Assembly (NCBI RefSeq): GCF_008189285.1
Contig: NZ_CP043315.1
Location: 450,001-482,000, forward strand
Reading direction: 5' to 3'
Length of the DNA: 32,000 nucleotides
DNA from: Candidatus Saccharimonadota bacterium
GTDB taxonomy: Bacteria; Pseudomonadota; Alphaproteobacteria; CAJXXZ01; 1604HC
Shown: positions 29,705-32,000 of the stretch, in pieces
Numbering within the stretch: the first letter of the stretch is position 1
Layout of the letters: each line of letters begins with the position of its first letter
Made by a program: the position numbers and the translations under genes
The notes under the pieces: model-generated
What the model was told of the DNA's origin: nothing
Seen by the model: the letters and a program-made list of their open reading frames with translations, nothing else
The model's database searches: none

Positions 29705-30439
29705 CTAAAATGAAATTGATTTCGCAATCGTAATGCAATATACGCCTTTTACTCCAGCATCTTTCAATACTTTTGCGGCTGAATTTAAAGTTGCTCCTGT
29801 AGTTGTAACGTCATCTAGAATCAAAACATTCTTCCCTTTAATTTTATTCTCATGAGCATAGTTAATTTCAAATGCATTTTCCATATTTTTCTTTCTGCCT
29901 GCCTTATTAAATTTGCTCTGACTATATGTCCATTTCGTACGCAATAACCCATCTCGCAAATGAGATATTTTTGCAATCTTTGACAGTTGTTTTGTTAAAA
30001 TCTCAGTTTGATTATACCCCCTCCAAAACAATCTCCAATTATGCAAAGGAATTGGAATTATATAATCCACATTATCGGCCCACTCTTTAATTGAATTATT
30101 CATTAAATTAGCAAAGAAATTAGTCAAATAAAAGCAATTATGATTCTTATAAGACATAATCAATTTCTTGGTATTTATATCATATTTCATAATAGATTTC
30201 GCATAGTCTATATAATATTTCTTATTTTGTATGCATTTTCCACATGAAATTGACTCTCCCATATCATATGAAAAAGGGTTTCCGCATGTCTTGCATGCTG
30301 GATCCTGTATAAATCTAATTTTATTCCAACACTTATGACACAATCCATTCTCTTGCAAAGGAGCATTACATAAATAACATATCTTTGGATAAAATAAATC
30401 AGTAATCTTGTTCATACATTTACTTACAATTGAATTCAT
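29705..30439 (-). CDS. comF: ComF family protein (ComFC-type amidophosphoribosyltransferase-like)
   Basis: N-terminal Cys-rich zinc-finger region: CYLCNAPL...CHKCW...CKTCG...CGKC. C-terminal PRTase motif VLILDDVTTTGATL. Confidence 0.8.
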   Translation of the reverse strand: MNSIVSKCMNKITDLFYPKICYLCNAPLQENGLCHKCWNKIRFIQDPACKTCGNPFSYDMGESISCGKCIQNKKYYIDYAKSIMKYDINTKKLIMSYKNHNCFYLTNFFANLMNNSIKEWADNVDYIIPIPLHNWRLFWRGYNQTEILTKQLSKIAKISHLRDGLLRTKWTYSQSKFNKAGRKKNMENAFEINYAHENKIKGKNVLILDDVTTTGATLNSAAKVLKDAGVKGVYCITIAKSISF

Positions 30440-31078
30440 TTATACCTCAATTGTTTTTTCAATATCTTGATTTATATTTTGTATAATTTGGTTAAATATT
30501 TTCTCTCTACTCAATCTTCCGAAACATAATCCATCAAGAAATCCAATAAATTGCTGGTAATTACTTTCATTTAGCGATCCTCCATAGCAAATTGGCTTAT
30601 TTGTAATTTTCCTAATTTGCATTACTTTATCAGCAATAATATTCGCGCCTGGAGCATCTTTTTTTCCTATATATTCATGTGGCTCATAAACAATTATTCC
30701 ACTTTTAGATAAATTGCTTAATTTCTCAGCTTCATATATATCTCTCACAAAAATAATAGGAATGATATCATTCTCATCGCATGCTTTGATCATACTTTTT
30801 GGATTATAATTACTTTGATAATGATCTGCATGATTGCATAAACAATGCTTAACATTAAATTGCTTTAATAATTCTATAGATATACTTCCAGTTAGTGTAT
30901 TTTGTGTAAAATTCTGAGCACATAATGATATGTTTTTCAAATTAGATAACTTAGATATGGCAAAATAATTTGGCGCAACAATATACTTTACATTCTTCTT
31001 ATGATTATACTCATAAATATTTTCCATAACTGATGCATTTTGAATGCCTTTCCAGTTTGCTATTACGAAAAAACTCAC
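30440..31078 (-). CDS. tpiA: Triosephosphate isomerase (short, divergent); GTG start
   Basis: VIANWKG (catalytic Lys), LCAQNF, TGSISIELLK, CNHADH in place of GHSERR (His kept), VYEPHEYIGK (catalytic Glu), CYGGSLNESN. The stop abuts the comF ATG. Confidence 0.7.
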   Translation of the reverse strand: MSFFVIANWKGIQNASVMENIYEYNHKKNVKYIVAPNYFAISKLSNLKNISLCAQNFTQNTLTGSISIELLKQFNVKHCLCNHADHYQSNYNPKSMIKACDENDIIPIIFVRDIYEAEKLSNLSKSGIIVYEPHEYIGKKDAPGANIIADKVMQIRKITNKPICYGGSLNESNYQQFIGFLDGLCFGRLSREKIFNQIIQNINQDIEKTIEV

Positions 31079-31226
31079 TAACTATTTTAATATATTTTTT
31101 ATCATTTTGTTAGGAATTTTTTCAATTGTTTGGCAATAATGCAATTTATATAAACGCTTCCATATCAAATCATTCAATATGTATGCAGCTCATTTTATAT
31201 TACATTATGATATCATATAATTAAGT

Positions 31227-31925
31227 ATGAAATTCATTAAAGCGCATGGATTAGGAAATGATTTTGTAATGATTTTTGAAGAAATAAATCATAAGCAAAT
31301 ATTAAAAATTAGCGATAGAAAGCTAGGAATTGGATGCGATCAATTAATTCAAAATATTCAAAAAAATGGCAAAAATTATGTAAGATTTTGGAATCAAGAT
31401 GGGTCAGAGGCGAATTTATGTGGAAATGGAATTAGATGTCTAGCTAAATATTACACAAATACTAGAAATAAATTTATCACGAAATCAGGAACAATTAATA
31501 CTGTAAAACTGGAAAATCAAATAGCATTCTCCTTGCCAATTAAGCCAATTATCAATTCTATAAATCACAATAATATATATGATGTAAATATTGGAAATGA
31601 GCATATCGTAATCATTGAAAATAAAGCGCCAAATTGGAATGAAATTACTTTGCAATTTGCAAACTATTTGCAAGATAAAAACATTATGTGCATTTGGAAT
31701 GATGGAAAGTGGAATATTCAGTCATGGGAAAGAGGAGTTGGAAGAACATTAGCATGTGGATCTGGAACTATAGCAGCTGCATGCGCTGGATGGCATAGCG
31801 GTCAAATTTCTCAAAAACAAGTCAAATTTTACACAGAAATAGGTGAATTATGCATTGTTCAAAAAACAAAATTATGGCAAATCGGAGAAGCAAACATAGT
31901 TGCAGAAGGTGATTGGACGAATTGA
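31227..31925 (+). CDS. dapF: Diaminopimelate epimerase (short form)
   Basis: MKFIKAHGLGNDFVMIF, and both catalytic-Cys motifs NLCGNGIRCLAKY and LACGSGTIAAACAG. 232 aa. Confidence 0.85.
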   Translation: MKFIKAHGLGNDFVMIFEEINHKQILKISDRKLGIGCDQLIQNIQKNGKNYVRFWNQDGSEANLCGNGIRCLAKYYTNTRNKFITKSGTINTVKLENQIAFSLPIKPIINSINHNNIYDVNIGNEHIVIIENKAPNWNEITLQFANYLQDKNIMCIWNDGKWNIQSWERGVGRTLACGSGTIAAACAGWHSGQISQKQVKFYTEIGELCIVQKTKLWQIGEANIVAEGDWTN

Positions 31926-32000
31926 TGCTAATTAATTATTTGCAAACTTTGCAGAAGAATAGTTAAACTTATATATCATTTTACTTATCTATCTTGCATT

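Overview
AT-rich bacterial chromosomal segment. It probably comes from a reduced-genome, alphaproteobacterium-like endosymbiont. The hints are a stand-alone atpHAGDC F1 operon without adjacent F0 genes, a DnaK with [11 protein letters not shown], and shortened housekeeping proteins. Taxonomy cannot be verified here.

The backbone is ordinary housekeeping: HIT-family fragment, tsaD, tRNA-Gly(GCC), cell-wall amidase, atpH-A-G-D-C, dnaG-rpoD, grpE-dnaK-dnaJ, ybeY, M23 peptidase, GyrI-like protein, fabI, sppA, comF, tpiA and dapF.

The unusual content is a three-member paralogous family of large signal-peptide-bearing proteins (12285-14144 -, 19198-21465 -, 23690-25522 +).
- Their conserved motifs match the ComEC/Rec2-type metallo-beta-lactamase (MBL) fold. 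Each carries lineage-specific insertions and a different C-terminal tail.
- Two members are divergently oriented inverted paralogs flanking the M23 peptidase gene. They share nucleotide-identical blocks, including the 5' UTR and signal peptide, interleaved with diverged blocks. This mosaic is expected from gene conversion or recombination.
- The third member is followed, in the same frame after a single TAA, by a GC-enriched Gln/Pro/His-rich ORF built from 150-bp repeats.

The window also holds four intergenic tandem-repeat arrays and one in-frame 15-bp coding repeat. I saw no CRISPR array, transposase, integrase or rRNA.
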